Origin: Thermoanaerobaculia bacterium
GTDB taxonomy: Bacteria > Acidobacteriota > Thermoanaerobaculia > UBA5066
Length of the DNA stretch: 64,000 nucleotides
Assembly (NCBI GenBank): GCA_038245905.1
Contig: JBBRRY010000013.1
Coordinates: forward strand, 20,898-84,897
Direction of reading: 5' to 3'
Below, one piece after another: positions 28,052 through 38,531 of the stretch. The first letter of the stretch is position 1, and the number at the start of each line of letters is the position of its first letter. The position numbers were made by a program, and so were the translations under genes. The notes under the pieces were generated by a model. The model saw nothing but the letters and a program-made list of their open reading frames with translations. It made no database searches and was not told the origin of the DNA.

Positions 28052-28771
28052 GTGTTTCGCGGGCCGCTCGTCGCGCTCTTGTTCGCGGGCGTCACCCGGG
28101 CGGGGGCCGCCTGGAGCACCGCCCTCGAGACTCCGGCTCCCGCGGCTTCACCCGCGGCTTCCGCGACGACGCCCTCCGGGCCGGCCGTGCTCGTGGACCG
28201 CATCGCGGCGGTCGTGGGCGACGACATCATTCTCGAGGGCGAGATCCGGAAGCTCGTGGCCGTGGGGTACCTCGAACGAAAAGCCGGTGAGCTCGACACC
28301 GCCTACCGCGACCGGGTCCTCGACCAGCGCATCGTGGACCTGCTGCGCGAGAAGCAGCTCCGAAGATCGTCCGGCTTCGACCCGAAGCCCGAAGAGGTCG
28401 AAGCGCGCGTCCAGGCCCTCGAGGTGCGGCTCGCGAAGGACCGCGGCGTTCCGGCCGCGGCCGCCCTCGCGGCGGCCGGCACGACGCGCGAGGAGCTGGC
28501 CGCCTGGGTGCGCCGCGGGCTCGCGCTCGACAGCTTCGTCAAAGAGCGCCTCACGCCGGGCCTGAAGCTCACGGACGCGAACCTTCGCGCTTACTACGAC
28601 ACGATCTTTCGCGACGCGGCGAAGAAGCGAGGCCTGAAGGACGTGCCGCCCTTCGACGACGTCCGTGAGGAGATCCGCGAGGTCGTCCGCGAGCTCCGGC
28701 TCAACGCCGAGATCGAGCGCTGGACCGAACAGCTCCGGCGCGAGACCCGCATTCTCATTTACCGGCGCTGA
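28052..28771 (+). CDS. SurA N-terminal-domain-like periplasmic chaperone
   Basis: Signal peptide; VDRIAAVVGDDII..E; W.EQLR....I C-terminus; no parvulin domain. Confidence 0.65.
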   Translation: MFRGPLVALLFAGVTRAGAAWSTALETPAPAASPAASATTPSGPAVLVDRIAAVVGDDIILEGEIRKLVAVGYLERKAGELDTAYRDRVLDQRIVDLLREKQLRRSSGFDPKPEEVEARVQALEVRLAKDRGVPAAAALAAAGTTREELAAWVRRGLALDSFVKERLTPGLKLTDANLRAYYDTIFRDAAKKRGLKDVPPFDDVREEIREVVRELRLNAEIERWTEQLRRETRILIYRR

Positions 28772-31130
28772 GTTTTTCGGTGCCCGCGGGCTCGGCTTTC
28801 CGGTAGAGGATCCGGTTCGCGAGGACGCGTCTTACGTATGTGCGCGTTTCCGCGTAGCTGATCGAGGCCAGGAGCGTCTCGGCGGGCGCCTTGGCTCCTC
28901 CAGACCAGAGCGCCGTCTGGCCGGCTCCGGCGTTGTAGCCCGAGGTCGCGAGAACCGCGTCGCCGTTGAAGCGGGCGAGGAGATTCTTCAGTGTGCGTGC
29001 GCCGAGGCGCAGCGAGCGCGCGGGATCATAGAGGTCGGCATAGGCGGGCGGCGTCTCGTTCAGCTCGCGCGCGGCTTCTCCGGCGGCCGGGAGCGTGAGC
29101 TGCATGAGGCCGCGCGCTGCGGCCGGAGAGGCCGCCTCGCGGTCGAATCTGCTCTCCTGCCTCATGACGGCGTAAAGGAGATCGCGCGGGACGCCGCTCT
29201 GGTCAGCCGTTTCGGCGACGAGGCGGCCGAAGGGCCTGGGCGCGAGCCCCCGGAGGATCGAGCGGGGTGCGAGGTCGAGGAGGAAGTCGTCGGGCACCAT
29301 CCGGTCGAGCGCCTCGGCCGCGTCCAGAGCCGCGGGCCCGGCGTCGGCGTCCTCGGCGAGCCGCGCGGCGACGAGACAGGCGAGCGGCGTCGTGAGATGC
29401 GAGGCGTCGCGCACGATGGGCTCGGCCTCGACCGGCAGGCCGAGCTGCAGGAGGCGGCAGGCGGCGGCGTCTCCGCAGAGCGTGGGGAGGGCATCCTCCG
29501 GCAGGTCGGGCGCGAGCAGGACCTCGGCATATCCGGGGAGCGAACGGTACGCGAGCTTGAGGAGGTCGCGGGCCGCCGTGTCCCCGAGGAGGGCCGCGGG
29601 CAGAAGATGGATCCGGGCCTCCCCGGGTTTTCGGGAGGTGAGGAGCGCTTCGCCGAGCAGCCGCTCGCGGCGGAGAAACGCGTCGCGCGAGCCGGCGGGA
29701 AGCGCGAGAATCCGCTGCGTCGCGAGCTCGCCCGCGAGCGTGAAGGGGCGGGCGGCGAGGAGGGTGGTATAGCCGGCGAGGGCGCCCGCGACGTCGCCGG
29801 CAGCCTCGGCGACGCGGCCGCGCCAGAACGAAAGCTCGCTCTTCCAGGGATCCTTCAGCCTCCCCGAGCGCGCGAGGCGCTCCACGGGAAGCAGGATTCG
29901 CCGCGCGCCGACGCCATCGCCGGCCTCGGCATGCCGCTCCATGAGATGCAGGAGGCCCTCGACGCGCCCCGCTTCTTTCGCGAGCGCGGCCCGCATGAGG
30001 ATCGCCTCGGCGCCCGCGAGGTTGCCCTGGCGCATGAGAAGGCGAGCCCGCTGCAGCGCCGCGACGGCCGCGGGACCGACGCGCCCGTTCTCCACCTGCC
30101 GGAACGCGGCCGCCGCGGCGTCGAGCTGGCCGAGCTTCTCGAGGACCGCACCCACGTTGAAGCGCACCCGCGCGAAAAATGCGTCCGTCCCCGCAGTGTC
30201 GTCTTTCTTTCCCGTCGCGCGCCGCGGGTGGCGCGGCTGCTCGTCCAGAATCTTCCGAAACATGGCCGCCGCTTCGGCGAAACGGCCGCGCGACGCGAGG
30301 ATCCTTCCGAGATCGAAGCGGGCGCCCCAGCGCGCGACGTCGCTGCCGGAGCGCGTGGCGCGTGTCTCGCGTTCCGCCGCGAGCCGCTCCGCGAGATCCA
30401 GGTCCCGCTGCGCCCGGGCGGTTTCGATGAGAAGCGGCAGCAGCCGGTCGGAAAGGTCGCGCGTTTCCTTGCCACGGATCTCGCGGGCTAGGACGACCGC
30501 GGCCGCGTCGTCCCGTCGGGCCTCACGCAGGATCTCCTCGCGGAGCGTGGCTGCTCCGGCTTCGTCTCCGGACTGGTCGAGCGCCTCGGAGCGGAGCGCG
30601 AGGAGACGGCGTCTCTCGCGCGACGGCGCGGGAGGCCGTGCCGCGACGAGCCGGTTCAGCGCGGCGACGTCGAGGCGCGTCTCGAGCGCGTCGAGCGCGA
30701 TGCGAAGAGCCCGGCGGGAAACGGCGCCTCCCTTTCGCTGGAGGAGCGGAAAGAGGAGCTCGAGCGCGCCGAGCCCGTCCCCGCCCTCGAAGCGAAGCGA
30801 TCCGGCCGCGAGACGGGCCGGCACGTCAAGGAGGTCGTCGGCGGACACGTGGCGCTCGAAGAGCGCGATCGCCTCCTCGCGGGCCCCCGTCGCGGCCCGA
30901 GCGCGCGCCTCGAGATAGTCGAAGCGGCCGTCCTGATAGCGCTCGGCGGATTCCTTCTTCAGGGTGGCGAGCCGGTCGAGGACCTCGACCCATTTCCCGG
31001 CGCGCGCGGCGGCCGCGAGGTCGCGTTCGGCCGCGGCGTGGGCCGCGAGAGGCGAGGCCGGGAGGAGGATGAGGAACGCGAGGAGCAGTACGGCAGGGGC
31101 GCGGAAGCGGTCTCTCAGCCCGGCGGCCAC
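28755..31130 (-). CDS. Soluble lytic transglycosylase with TPR-like helical region (start approximate)
   Basis: AVMRQESRF, A.GLMQL, YNAG.G and ETRTYVRRV SLT motifs; N-terminal signal peptide. Confidence 0.88.
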   Translation of the reverse strand: MAAGLRDRFRAPAVLLLAFLILLPASPLAAHAAAERDLAAAARAGKWVEVLDRLATLKKESAERYQDGRFDYLEARARAATGAREEAIALFERHVSADDLLDVPARLAAGSLRFEGGDGLGALELLFPLLQRKGGAVSRRALRIALDALETRLDVAALNRLVAARPPAPSRERRRLLALRSEALDQSGDEAGAATLREEILREARRDDAAAVVLAREIRGKETRDLSDRLLPLLIETARAQRDLDLAERLAAERETRATRSGSDVARWGARFDLGRILASRGRFAEAAAMFRKILDEQPRHPRRATGKKDDTAGTDAFFARVRFNVGAVLEKLGQLDAAAAAFRQVENGRVGPAAVAALQRARLLMRQGNLAGAEAILMRAALAKEAGRVEGLLHLMERHAEAGDGVGARRILLPVERLARSGRLKDPWKSELSFWRGRVAEAAGDVAGALAGYTTLLAARPFTLAGELATQRILALPAGSRDAFLRRERLLGEALLTSRKPGEARIHLLPAALLGDTAARDLLKLAYRSLPGYAEVLLAPDLPEDALPTLCGDAAACRLLQLGLPVEAEPIVRDASHLTTPLACLVAARLAEDADAGPAALDAAEALDRMVPDDFLLDLAPRSILRGLAPRPFGRLVAETADQSGVPRDLLYAVMRQESRFDREAASPAAARGLMQLTLPAAGEAARELNETPPAYADLYDPARSLRLGARTLKNLLARFNGDAVLATSGYNAGAGQTALWSGGAKAPAETLLASISYAETRTYVRRVLANRILYRKAEPAGTEKLSAGK

Positions 31131-31471
31131 GCGAAGGCCCGCCCGCCGAGGAGATGAAAATGAAGGTGGGAGACGCTCTGGCCGGCGTCGGCGCCGTCGT
31201 TGGTGACGACCCGATAGCTCTCGACGGAAAGAGACTGCGCGACCGCGCGAAGCGCCGCGAGGCACTCTCCGAGAAGCGCGTTGTCGGCGCCCGAGGTCTC
31301 GGAGAGGCGCGCGAGGTGCGTCTTCGGAATCACGAGGACGTGCGTCGGCGCCTTTGGGGCCACGTCGTGGAACGCGAGGACGTTCTCGTCCTCGAAGACG
31401 ATTTTTGCTGGGATCTCTCTCCGGCCGATCCGGCAGAAGAGGCACGAGGGATCGGCGAAGGGTTTAATCAC
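31115..31471 (-). CDS. Histidine triad (HINT) nucleotide-binding protein
   Basis: CLFCRI, HVLVIPK.H, AGQSV.HLHFHLLGGR and WPPG. Confidence 0.95.
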   Translation of the reverse strand: MIKPFADPSCLFCRIGRREIPAKIVFEDENVLAFHDVAPKAPTHVLVIPKTHLARLSETSGADNALLGECLAALRAVAQSLSVESYRVVTNDGADAGQSVSHLHFHLLGGRAFAWPPG

Positions 31472-31478
31472 GCGACGA

Positions 31479-32765
31479 TTATCCGTCGATCCGCTCGACC
31501 GAGGCGCCGAGAGACCTGAGGCGCTCGTCCATGGCCGCATAGCCGCGGTCGAGATGATAGATCCGCCGGACGCGGGTCTCGCCCCTGGCGACGAGGCCCG
31601 CGAGCACGAGCGCCGCCGACGCCCGGAGGTCCGACGCGGTGACGGGCGCGCCCTCGAGAGACGAAGGCCCGCGCACGATCGCCGCGCGCCCCTCGACGCG
31701 CACGTCGGCGCCGAGGCGCGCGAGCTCGACGGCGTGGAGGAAGCGGTTCTCGAAGATCGTCTCGACGAGGTGCGACGTCCCCTCGGCCTGCGTCATGAGA
31801 GCGAGGAACTGGGCCTGCAGGTCCGTCGGGAAGCCCGGGTGCGGCGCCGTCTCGATGTCGACGGCCGCGAGGGGACGCCCGCCGAAGACGCGCACGGCAT
31901 CGGCCGTGACCTCGACGCCGGCTCCCGCCCGGCGGAGCGCGTCGAGGAACGCGCCCAGATCGCGCGCGCGTGCACGTGTCACGGTCACATCTCCGCCCGT
32001 GATCGCGCCGGCGGCAAGGTAGGTTCCCGCCTCGATCCGGTCGGGCACGATCGCGTGGGGCGACGGACCCGTCCCGGAGAGGCGATCGACGCCTTCGACC
32101 GTGATCGTCGCCGTGCCCGCGCCTGCGACGCGTGCGCCCATCGTCGTCAGGAGGCGCGCCGCGTCTTCCACCTCGGGCTCCGTCGCCGCGTTCTCGATGA
32201 CCGTCGTGCCCTTGGCGAGGGCCGCCGCGAAGAGGACGTTCTCGGTGCCCGTCACCGTGGGCGTGGGAAAACGGATCGTCGTTCCCGTGAGCCGGCCGGT
32301 CCCGCGCCCGACGCGCGACACGTGCGCATGAATGTAGCCCTTCTCGACGGCGATCCGCGCGCCCATCGCCTCGAGTGCCATGACGTGGAGGTCCACGGGC
32401 CTCACGCCGATCGCGCATCCGCCGGGCAGCGAGACGCGCGCCTCGCCGAAGCGCGCCAGGAGCGGCCCGAGAACGAGGATCGACGCGCGCATCGTGCGTA
32501 CGAGGTCGTAAGGCGCCTCGGTCGAGGTGACGCGCGACGCGTCGAGGATCACCCGACCCGGCGCCGGCCGCTCGATTGAGACGCCCATGCCGGCGAGGAG
32601 ACGGTTCATGGTGTTGACGTCCGCGAGGTCCGGCACCTCCTCGAGCGTCACGGGGTCCTCCGTGAGGAGCGCGGCGGCGAGCGCCGGCAGGGCGGCGTTC
32701 TTCGCGCCGCTGGCCCGGATGGCGCCATGGAGCCGCACGGGGCCCTTGAGAAGAAAGGCGTCCAT
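31479..32765 (-). CDS. murA: UDP-N-acetylglucosamine 1-carboxyvinyltransferase
   Basis: [42 protein letters not shown] and HLDRGY. Confidence 0.97.
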   Translation of the reverse strand: MDAFLLKGPVRLHGAIRASGAKNAALPALAAALLTEDPVTLEEVPDLADVNTMNRLLAGMGVSIERPAPGRVILDASRVTSTEAPYDLVRTMRASILVLGPLLARFGEARVSLPGGCAIGVRPVDLHVMALEAMGARIAVEKGYIHAHVSRVGRGTGRLTGTTIRFPTPTVTGTENVLFAAALAKGTTVIENAATEPEVEDAARLLTTMGARVAGAGTATITVEGVDRLSGTGPSPHAIVPDRIEAGTYLAAGAITGGDVTVTRARARDLGAFLDALRRAGAGVEVTADAVRVFGGRPLAAVDIETAPHPGFPTDLQAQFLALMTQAEGTSHLVETIFENRFLHAVELARLGADVRVEGRAAIVRGPSSLEGAPVTASDLRASAALVLAGLVARGETRVRRIYHLDRGYAAMDERLRSLGASVERIDG

Positions 32766-32805
32766 CAGGGGCGGGAGTGTAGCGGCACCGGCGTCCCGGC
32801 TCGTC

Positions 32806-33666
32806 TCAGAGACGAACCGCCGTGGCCGTGCGCGGGATTCCGGCGGCGTCGAGGCGCATGGCGGTGAGACGGAAGCCCGAGGTCTCGACGAGCGCGGAGA
32901 CGTCGCGCGCCTGCCCGTATCCGAACTCGAATACGAACGGGGCGCCCTCCTGGAGGAATGCGGGAAGCGACGCGAGCAGGACGCGCAGGGGGTCGAGGCC
33001 GTCGCCCCCGCCGTAGAGCGCGAGCGGGGGCTCGAACTCCGAGACCGTCTTCGAGAGGTGGGGCGCGTCGGTCACGGGAACGTAGGGTGGGTTCGCGACC
33101 ACGAGATCGAAGAGGGGCCGGCGTTGGAATGCCGAGAGCCAGTCGGACGCGATGGGGGTTACGCGCGCGCCGACGCCGTGGCGGCGCGCGTTGGCGGCGG
33201 TGAGAGCGAGAGCCGCGAGAGAGCGATCGGCCGCGACGACGTGTGCGCCGGGGCGGTCGAGCGCGAGCGACACGGCGAGGATGCCGCTTCCCGTCCCCAA
33301 GTCGACGATCCGGCGGGCACCGGCGGCGGCCGCGCGCGCCGCTTCCACGATGCCTTCCGTCTCGCCGCGCGGGATCAGCGCGCGCGGGTCGACGAAAAAA
33401 GTCCGGCCCAGAAATTCCCACTCGCCGAGGAGGTATTGCAGCGGCTCGCCCGCGGCGCGGCGGAGGACGAGCTCCCTGAAGGCCGCCCGAGCCGCCGGCT
33501 CCGCCGGTTCGCTCCGGCGGCCATGGAACCAGGCCCGGGGTCGTGCCGCGGCCCTCGCGAGCAGCTCTTCCGCCTCGTACGGAGCGTGACCCGGGCCCGT
33601 GAGGCGGCGCCGCCCCTCTGCGAGGAGCGCGCCCCAGGTCGTGTCCGGGCTTTTGGAGGACGTCAT
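32806..33666 (-). CDS. prmC: Release factor glutamine methyltransferase
   Basis: GEPLQYLLG..EF, LIPR.ETE, DLGTGSG, NPPY and EP..ALYGG.DGL. Confidence 0.94.
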   Translation of the reverse strand: MTSSKSPDTTWGALLAEGRRRLTGPGHAPYEAEELLARAAARPRAWFHGRRSEPAEPAARAAFRELVLRRAAGEPLQYLLGEWEFLGRTFFVDPRALIPRGETEGIVEAARAAAAGARRIVDLGTGSGILAVSLALDRPGAHVVAADRSLAALALTAANARRHGVGARVTPIASDWLSAFQRRPLFDLVVANPPYVPVTDAPHLSKTVSEFEPPLALYGGGDGLDPLRVLLASLPAFLQEGAPFVFEFGYGQARDVSALVETSGFRLTAMRLDAAGIPRTATAVRL

Positions 33667-33693
33667 GGGGGCCTCTTGTTTAAGATGGAGCGT

Positions 33694-35247
33694 ATGTCCG
33701 GCCCCCGGATTCTCGTCTTTTTCGGCCTTCTGCTTCTCGCGGCGGGCGTCGTCATCGGCATGCCGTCGTCGCTCGCGCCCGCGGCCGTCGTGATCGCGGC
33801 GGCCGCCGTGCTCGTCCTCATCGGCGCGGACCGGGCCTCGTACAACCCGGGTTTGCGCCCCGACCAGGTGACGTCCAGCCGCGCGGCGTTCGGCCCGGCC
33901 GTCGACGCGCTGGAATCGGTCGCCGTCTACACGCTGGAGCGTTCGGGCCGGATCGGCTACGCGAACCTGGGAGCGCGGCGAGTACTGGACGCGGCCGGGC
34001 GCGGCGTGGAGGGGAAATTGGCGTCGGAGTTCCCCGCCGCCGGTTCCGAGACTCCCGAGATGGTCGAGGGCCTGAACGAGGTCTTCGAAACCGGCAGGCC
34101 CCGGGTGGCGCGGCGGATCATGCTGCTCGCGGACGGCACGACGCGCGTCGAGTCCATCGTCTCGATGACGCCGGTCGTAAGGTACGGCAAGGTCGTCGAA
34201 GCGGCCGTCTGGCGAGTCGATACGCGCGGTCCCGTCGGCGGCGACGAGCACCGCGCGCGCCTCCTCGACTCCTCGCCAGCGGGGCTCCTCGGCGTGGACG
34301 CGTCGGGCCGGATCGAGGCCGTGAGCCGCCGGCTCGCGGAATGGGTCGGGCGCCGTGCGGACGCTCTCGAGGGGCTCGACGTCGAGCGTACCGAGGTGCT
34401 GCCCCAGGCTCTTCGCGGGCACATACGGGCGCACGCCGTGAATCGCGCCGCCCAAGGCACGCCGACCGCGGTCGTCGAGGACGACGTCGTCCTCGTCACG
34501 CCGGACGGGGTCTCACGGGTGTTCCACATCCTGGTCGCCCCGCGCCCGGGCGGAGGCGCCGATGTCGTATTTCTCGACGGCGTCTCGCGGAGGCGCCTCC
34601 TCGCCGAGCTGGACGCAGCACGTCGGGCGCTCGCCGATGCGCGCGAGACCGCCGTGGATGTTCTCCATTCCACGACGAAAGACCTCCGTGCGCGTGCCCG
34701 CGAGATCGTGGCCGCGGCACGGCGCGCGGCGGACGAGTCTTCCGGTCCGATCCAGCGCGCCAAGGCCGAAGCCGAGCTCCTCGTGACGAGCGACGCGTTC
34801 CTTGCGCGGGTGAGCGAGACCGTGCCGGAAGAGGACGGGTCCAGCCGCCGTTCGCTCGGCGGCACGGATGGCCGTCCGCGAGTGTTGCTCGTGGAAGACA
34901 ACGAGGAAAATCGCGAGCTCCTTGCCCACATGCTGAGATCCCGAGGCGCCGAAGTCCTCACGGCGGCGAACGGTCGCGAGGCCGTGGACGCGGCGGCGGG
35001 CTTCCGCTTCGACTTCGTCCTCCTGGATCTTCAGATGCCCACGATGGACGGCTTTCAGGTCCTGAGGCGGCTGCGTTCCCTGCCCGGTGGCGGCCGCCTG
35101 CCGGTCGTCGCCCTCACCGCGCTCACGTCCGACCTCGTCAAGGAGCGCTGCGAGGCCGAGGGCATGAACGACTTCGTGAGCAAGCCCGTGACGCTCGCGC
35201 GCATCGGTGAGCTCGTTGCGAAATGGGGCCGGGCGGGAAGAGCCTGA
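33694..35247 (+). CDS. Membrane-anchored PAS-PAS / degenerate DHp / receiver protein (alternative start 33685)
   Basis: Two N-terminal TMs; two PAS-like segments; C-terminal REC (VEDN, LDLQMP.MDG, ALTA, KP); no HATPase boxes. Confidence 0.75.
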   Translation: MSGPRILVFFGLLLLAAGVVIGMPSSLAPAAVVIAAAAVLVLIGADRASYNPGLRPDQVTSSRAAFGPAVDALESVAVYTLERSGRIGYANLGARRVLDAAGRGVEGKLASEFPAAGSETPEMVEGLNEVFETGRPRVARRIMLLADGTTRVESIVSMTPVVRYGKVVEAAVWRVDTRGPVGGDEHRARLLDSSPAGLLGVDASGRIEAVSRRLAEWVGRRADALEGLDVERTEVLPQALRGHIRAHAVNRAAQGTPTAVVEDDVVLVTPDGVSRVFHILVAPRPGGGADVVFLDGVSRRRLLAELDAARRALADARETAVDVLHSTTKDLRARAREIVAAARRAADESSGPIQRAKAEAELLVTSDAFLARVSETVPEEDGSSRRSLGGTDGRPRVLLVEDNEENRELLAHMLRSRGAEVLTAANGREAVDAAAGFRFDFVLLDLQMPTMDGFQVLRRLRSLPGGGRLPVVALTALTSDLVKERCEAEGMNDFVSKPVTLARIGELVAKWGRAGRA

Positions 35248-35250
35248 GGA

Positions 35251-36780
35251 CTACTTCGCCGGCTGCATGAGCTGCCAGTTGCCGGTACCGCCTACATTCG
35301 GATTGAAGCCCGCGTCGTTGGAGTGCTGGTACCCGCCCTGACCGTCCGTCCAGTGGTACTTCTCGGTGTAGGCGTGCTCGGAGGTTCCGTAGTAGGGGTC
35401 CTGCATGCGCTCGGTGCCGCGGATGTACTGCGAGAAGGAGTCGCTCGTGTGCTGAGCGCTCCGGTTCGCCGCCTGCCGCTGCGCGTCCATCGAGGCGATC
35501 ATGGAGTCGTTGTTCGCGCTGATCTGCCGGCTGAGGGCGCCCGCCGCGGCGATCCGCGAGTAGCCCGCGGCCAGGTTGCGCTCGAATTGCGCCGTCAGCT
35601 GGTTCTGCACCTGCTGTCGCCTTTGGTCCCACACGGGGTCGTGCTGGATCGAGGACATCATGTAGCCGAGGAGAGGATGCAGGCTGTCTAGCTGCCCGTC
35701 CCGCGCGCCCATGCTGTGCACGTAACCGAGGACGCGGTGGTTTTCATACGAGGTGCCCTGCGGGCCGTGGTAGGGGATGCGGTTCGGGTGCGAGAGCAGC
35801 AGGAAGAAATCCTCGTCGATCGGGTGCCCGTTCAGCGTGTAGCGCACGCGCGCCGCGAGCGACTCGCCCGCGAAGGGAGGCTTGTGGAGGGCCGCAGCGA
35901 GGTTGCCGATCGGCCTCATCCCGACGATCCTGAGGTTCTGCGCTCTCCCGCGGTAGCGGCCGATCACGAACGATCGCATCGCCTCGGTGGCCGTGATGCC
36001 GGGCCGGTGGATCATCCCGAGCGTCTTGCCGCCGACGCTTACCGAACGGTCCGCGGGCTCGGTCCAGTAGAAACATTCGGCGGGAAACGTCTCGAGCCAC
36101 GCCGAGCCGTCGGCGGCGGCGAATCGCGAGCCCACCTGCACGGGCCAGCTCGTGGCCGAATAGTTCCAGACGACGTTGCTCGTCGCGGTCCACCCATCCG
36201 GCACGGCGACCGTGCTCACGCGGAGCCCGCCCTGAGTCTTGTCCACGATCGCGTAAGGATGAAAGGTCGTGCGGGAAAAGCGCTGCGCGATCTGGCTGAA
36301 GAGACCCGCGGGGGCGGAGCGAGGCGCCGGCTGCGCCTTGCCCGCCTGGGCGCCGGGCGCGTTCCACCTCATCTGGTACAGCATCACGTAGACGACGACT
36401 CCCGTCACGGAGACGTAGAGCCAGATCGGGAGCGTCCAACGCGCGAGGCGCCGGTGCTTCTCGAACCGGCCGCGCCACGCGAGCGAGAACGTCACGACGG
36501 CCATCGGGGCGACGGCGGCGGCGAGGACCGTGTGCGTGAGGAGGATGCCGAGGTAAAGCGTGCGCGCGCCGCCCGTCCCGGGAAACCGGACGCTTCCCAC
36601 CCGCGCGTGGTACGTGAGATAGCTCGCGAGGAAGAGCGTCGAACAGGTGAATGCGGCAATCATGACGCGGCGGTGGGCGTCTCTCCGGCCCGAGCGGATG
36701 AGGACCCAGCCGACGGCGAGGAGAACGGCGCTCGTCGCGTTCAGGCAGGCGTTCAGCGTAGGCAGGTCGCGGACGGTCAC
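35251..36780 (-). CDS. DUF420-family membrane domain fused to an unknown soluble domain
   Basis: LPTLNA.LN, HR..M, FL.SYL.YH, HT.LA and HRRLAR.TLPIWLYVS.TGV.VY (DUF420), then about 370 further residues without a stop. Confidence 0.75.
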   Translation of the reverse strand: MTVRDLPTLNACLNATSAVLLAVGWVLIRSGRRDAHRRVMIAAFTCSTLFLASYLTYHARVGSVRFPGTGGARTLYLGILLTHTVLAAAVAPMAVVTFSLAWRGRFEKHRRLARWTLPIWLYVSVTGVVVYVMLYQMRWNAPGAQAGKAQPAPRSAPAGLFSQIAQRFSRTTFHPYAIVDKTQGGLRVSTVAVPDGWTATSNVVWNYSATSWPVQVGSRFAAADGSAWLETFPAECFYWTEPADRSVSVGGKTLGMIHRPGITATEAMRSFVIGRYRGRAQNLRIVGMRPIGNLAAALHKPPFAGESLAARVRYTLNGHPIDEDFFLLLSHPNRIPYHGPQGTSYENHRVLGYVHSMGARDGQLDSLHPLLGYMMSSIQHDPVWDQRRQQVQNQLTAQFERNLAAGYSRIAAAGALSRQISANNDSMIASMDAQRQAANRSAQHTSDSFSQYIRGTERMQDPYYGTSEHAYTEKYHWTDGQGGYQHSNDAGFNPNVGGTGNWQLMQPAK

Positions 36781-37559
36781 GTGTCCTCCGGGGAGCGCGG
36801 CAGTTCCGGCCGGCCGGCGGGTCCCGCGGGAAAGCGCGCGACGGCGGCGACGGCGGCCCCGAACGTCACGACGGCGAAAGCGATCGTCACGGCGAAGGAA
36901 AGCGCGGGGGACGTCCACGAGGGCACGGCGCCGCCGAGCGCGCGGCGGAGCGCCGCGACCCCGTACGTGAGCGGGTTCACGGCCATCGCCGCGCGGAGCC
37001 ATGCGGGAGCGCCGTCGACGGGAAAGAAGGCGCCCGAGAGCAGCCACATCGGGATCAGGAAAAGATTCATGATCGCGTGGAATCCCTGGGTCGACTCGAG
37101 GCACCATGCGATCGCGAACCCGAGCGCCGTGAGCGCGAAGGCGAGCACGACGAGAAGCGCGGCGGCGGTGAGGAGTCCCGCCGCGTCGGCCTTCAGGCCG
37201 GCCACGGGCACGAGGACGAGGAGCGGAAGCCCCTGGATCAGGCCGAGCACCGCGCCGCCGAGGACCTTTCCGAGCGCGATCGAGGACGGAGCGACGGGAG
37301 ACACGAGGACGCCCTGGAGGAAGCCTTCGCGCCGGTCCTCGATGACGGAGATCGTGGCGAAGATCGCCGCGAAGAGGACGACGAGGACGACTGTCCCCGG
37401 AAAGAAGTAGCCGAACGAGTCCTCGCGGAGGGACCCCTTGAAGCCGGCCCCCACGAGAACCCACATGACGAGCGGCGGGGCGACCGCGCCGACGACGCGG
37501 CTCTTCTGCCTCAGGAAGCGGACGATCTCGCGGCGCGCGAGGGCGAGAGAAGCGCTCAT
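36777..37559 (-). CDS. ABC-2 transporter permease
   Basis: RE..RF.R, DRREGFL..VLVSP, LSGAFFP and NPLTYGV. Confidence 0.92.
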   Translation of the reverse strand: MSASLALARREIVRFLRQKSRVVGAVAPPLVMWVLVGAGFKGSLREDSFGYFFPGTVVLVVLFAAIFATISVIEDRREGFLQGVLVSPVAPSSIALGKVLGGAVLGLIQGLPLLVLVPVAGLKADAAGLLTAAALLVVLAFALTALGFAIAWCLESTQGFHAIMNLFLIPMWLLSGAFFPVDGAPAWLRAAMAVNPLTYGVAALRRALGGAVPSWTSPALSFAVTIAFAVVTFGAAVAAVARFPAGPAGRPELPRSPEDT

Positions 37560-38506
37560 GCCGCGTCCTCTTCGCGGAAGCGGCGCCCGGTCTTCGCGAT
37601 GAAGACGTCCTCGAGCGAGGGCGCGCCGAGCGTCACGGACTTGAACGCGCCCGGGAACGCTTCGACGAGGCGCGGGACGAACGTGTGCGCGGCCGGCCGC
37701 TCGACTCTCACAGTGGGCCCGACCACCGTGATCCGCCCTGCCTCGGCGCCGAAACGGCTTCCGATCGCGACCGCGAGGGCGGGCGCGCCGGTCTCGTCCT
37801 TCGCCTCCACCGTCACGACGTCGCCGCCCACGGTCGCCTTCAGCGCGGCGGGCGTGTCGAGCGCGAGGAGCCGCCCGCGGTCGAGGATTCCGATGCGGTG
37901 CGCGGCCTCGGCCTCCTCGAAGAGGTGGGTCGTCAGGAGCACCGCCGTGCCCCCGCGGGCCAGAGAGCCGAGCAGCCCGACGAGATCGCGCCGCGCGCCC
38001 GGGTCGAGGCCCGTCGACGGCTCGTCGAGGAGGAGCACGGGCGGAGCGTGGAGGAGCGCCTTGGCGATCTCGACGCGGCGCGCGAGGCCGCCTGAGAGAG
38101 TCTCGACGAGATCGCCGGCGCGATCCTCGAGGCCGAAGGTCGCGAGAAGCTCGCCGATCTTCGTCCGAAGGGGCGGGCCCGAAAGAGAGTAGAGCGCTGC
38201 CTGCAAGGTGAGGTTCTCCTCGACGGTCAGCTTCTTGTCGAGGCTGGGCGCCTGAAAGACGACGCCGAGGTGCCGGCGCACGTCGCGGCCGGCCGACGCG
38301 GGATCGAGCCCGTCGATCGAAAAGCTCCCGGCGCCGGGCGGCAGCAGCGTCGCGAGGATCCGGAACAGCGTGGTCTTGCCGCCGCCGTTCGGGCCGAGGA
38401 GCGCGAAGATTTCGCCGCGCGCGACGGAGAACGTGACGTCGGCGAGCGCGGCGCGCGCCCCGAAAGAGCGGGAGAGGGAGCGGGCTTCGACGGCGGGAGG
38501 CGTCAC
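37556..38506 (-). CDS. ABC transporter ATP-binding protein (DrrA-like)
   Basis: GPNGGGKTT, LSGG, LLDEP.TGLDP, TTH and SLEDVFI..TG. Confidence 0.95.
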   Translation of the reverse strand: MTPPAVEARSLSRSFGARAALADVTFSVARGEIFALLGPNGGGKTTLFRILATLLPPGAGSFSIDGLDPASAGRDVRRHLGVVFQAPSLDKKLTVEENLTLQAALYSLSGPPLRTKIGELLATFGLEDRAGDLVETLSGGLARRVEIAKALLHAPPVLLLDEPSTGLDPGARRDLVGLLGSLARGGTAVLLTTHLFEEAEAAHRIGILDRGRLLALDTPAALKATVGGDVVTVEAKDETGAPALAVAIGSRFGAEAGRITVVGPTVRVERPAAHTFVPRLVEAFPGAFKSVTLGAPSLEDVFIAKTGRRFREEDAA

Positions 38507-38531
38507 GTGCGGCTGCAGGCTTCGGAACGCG

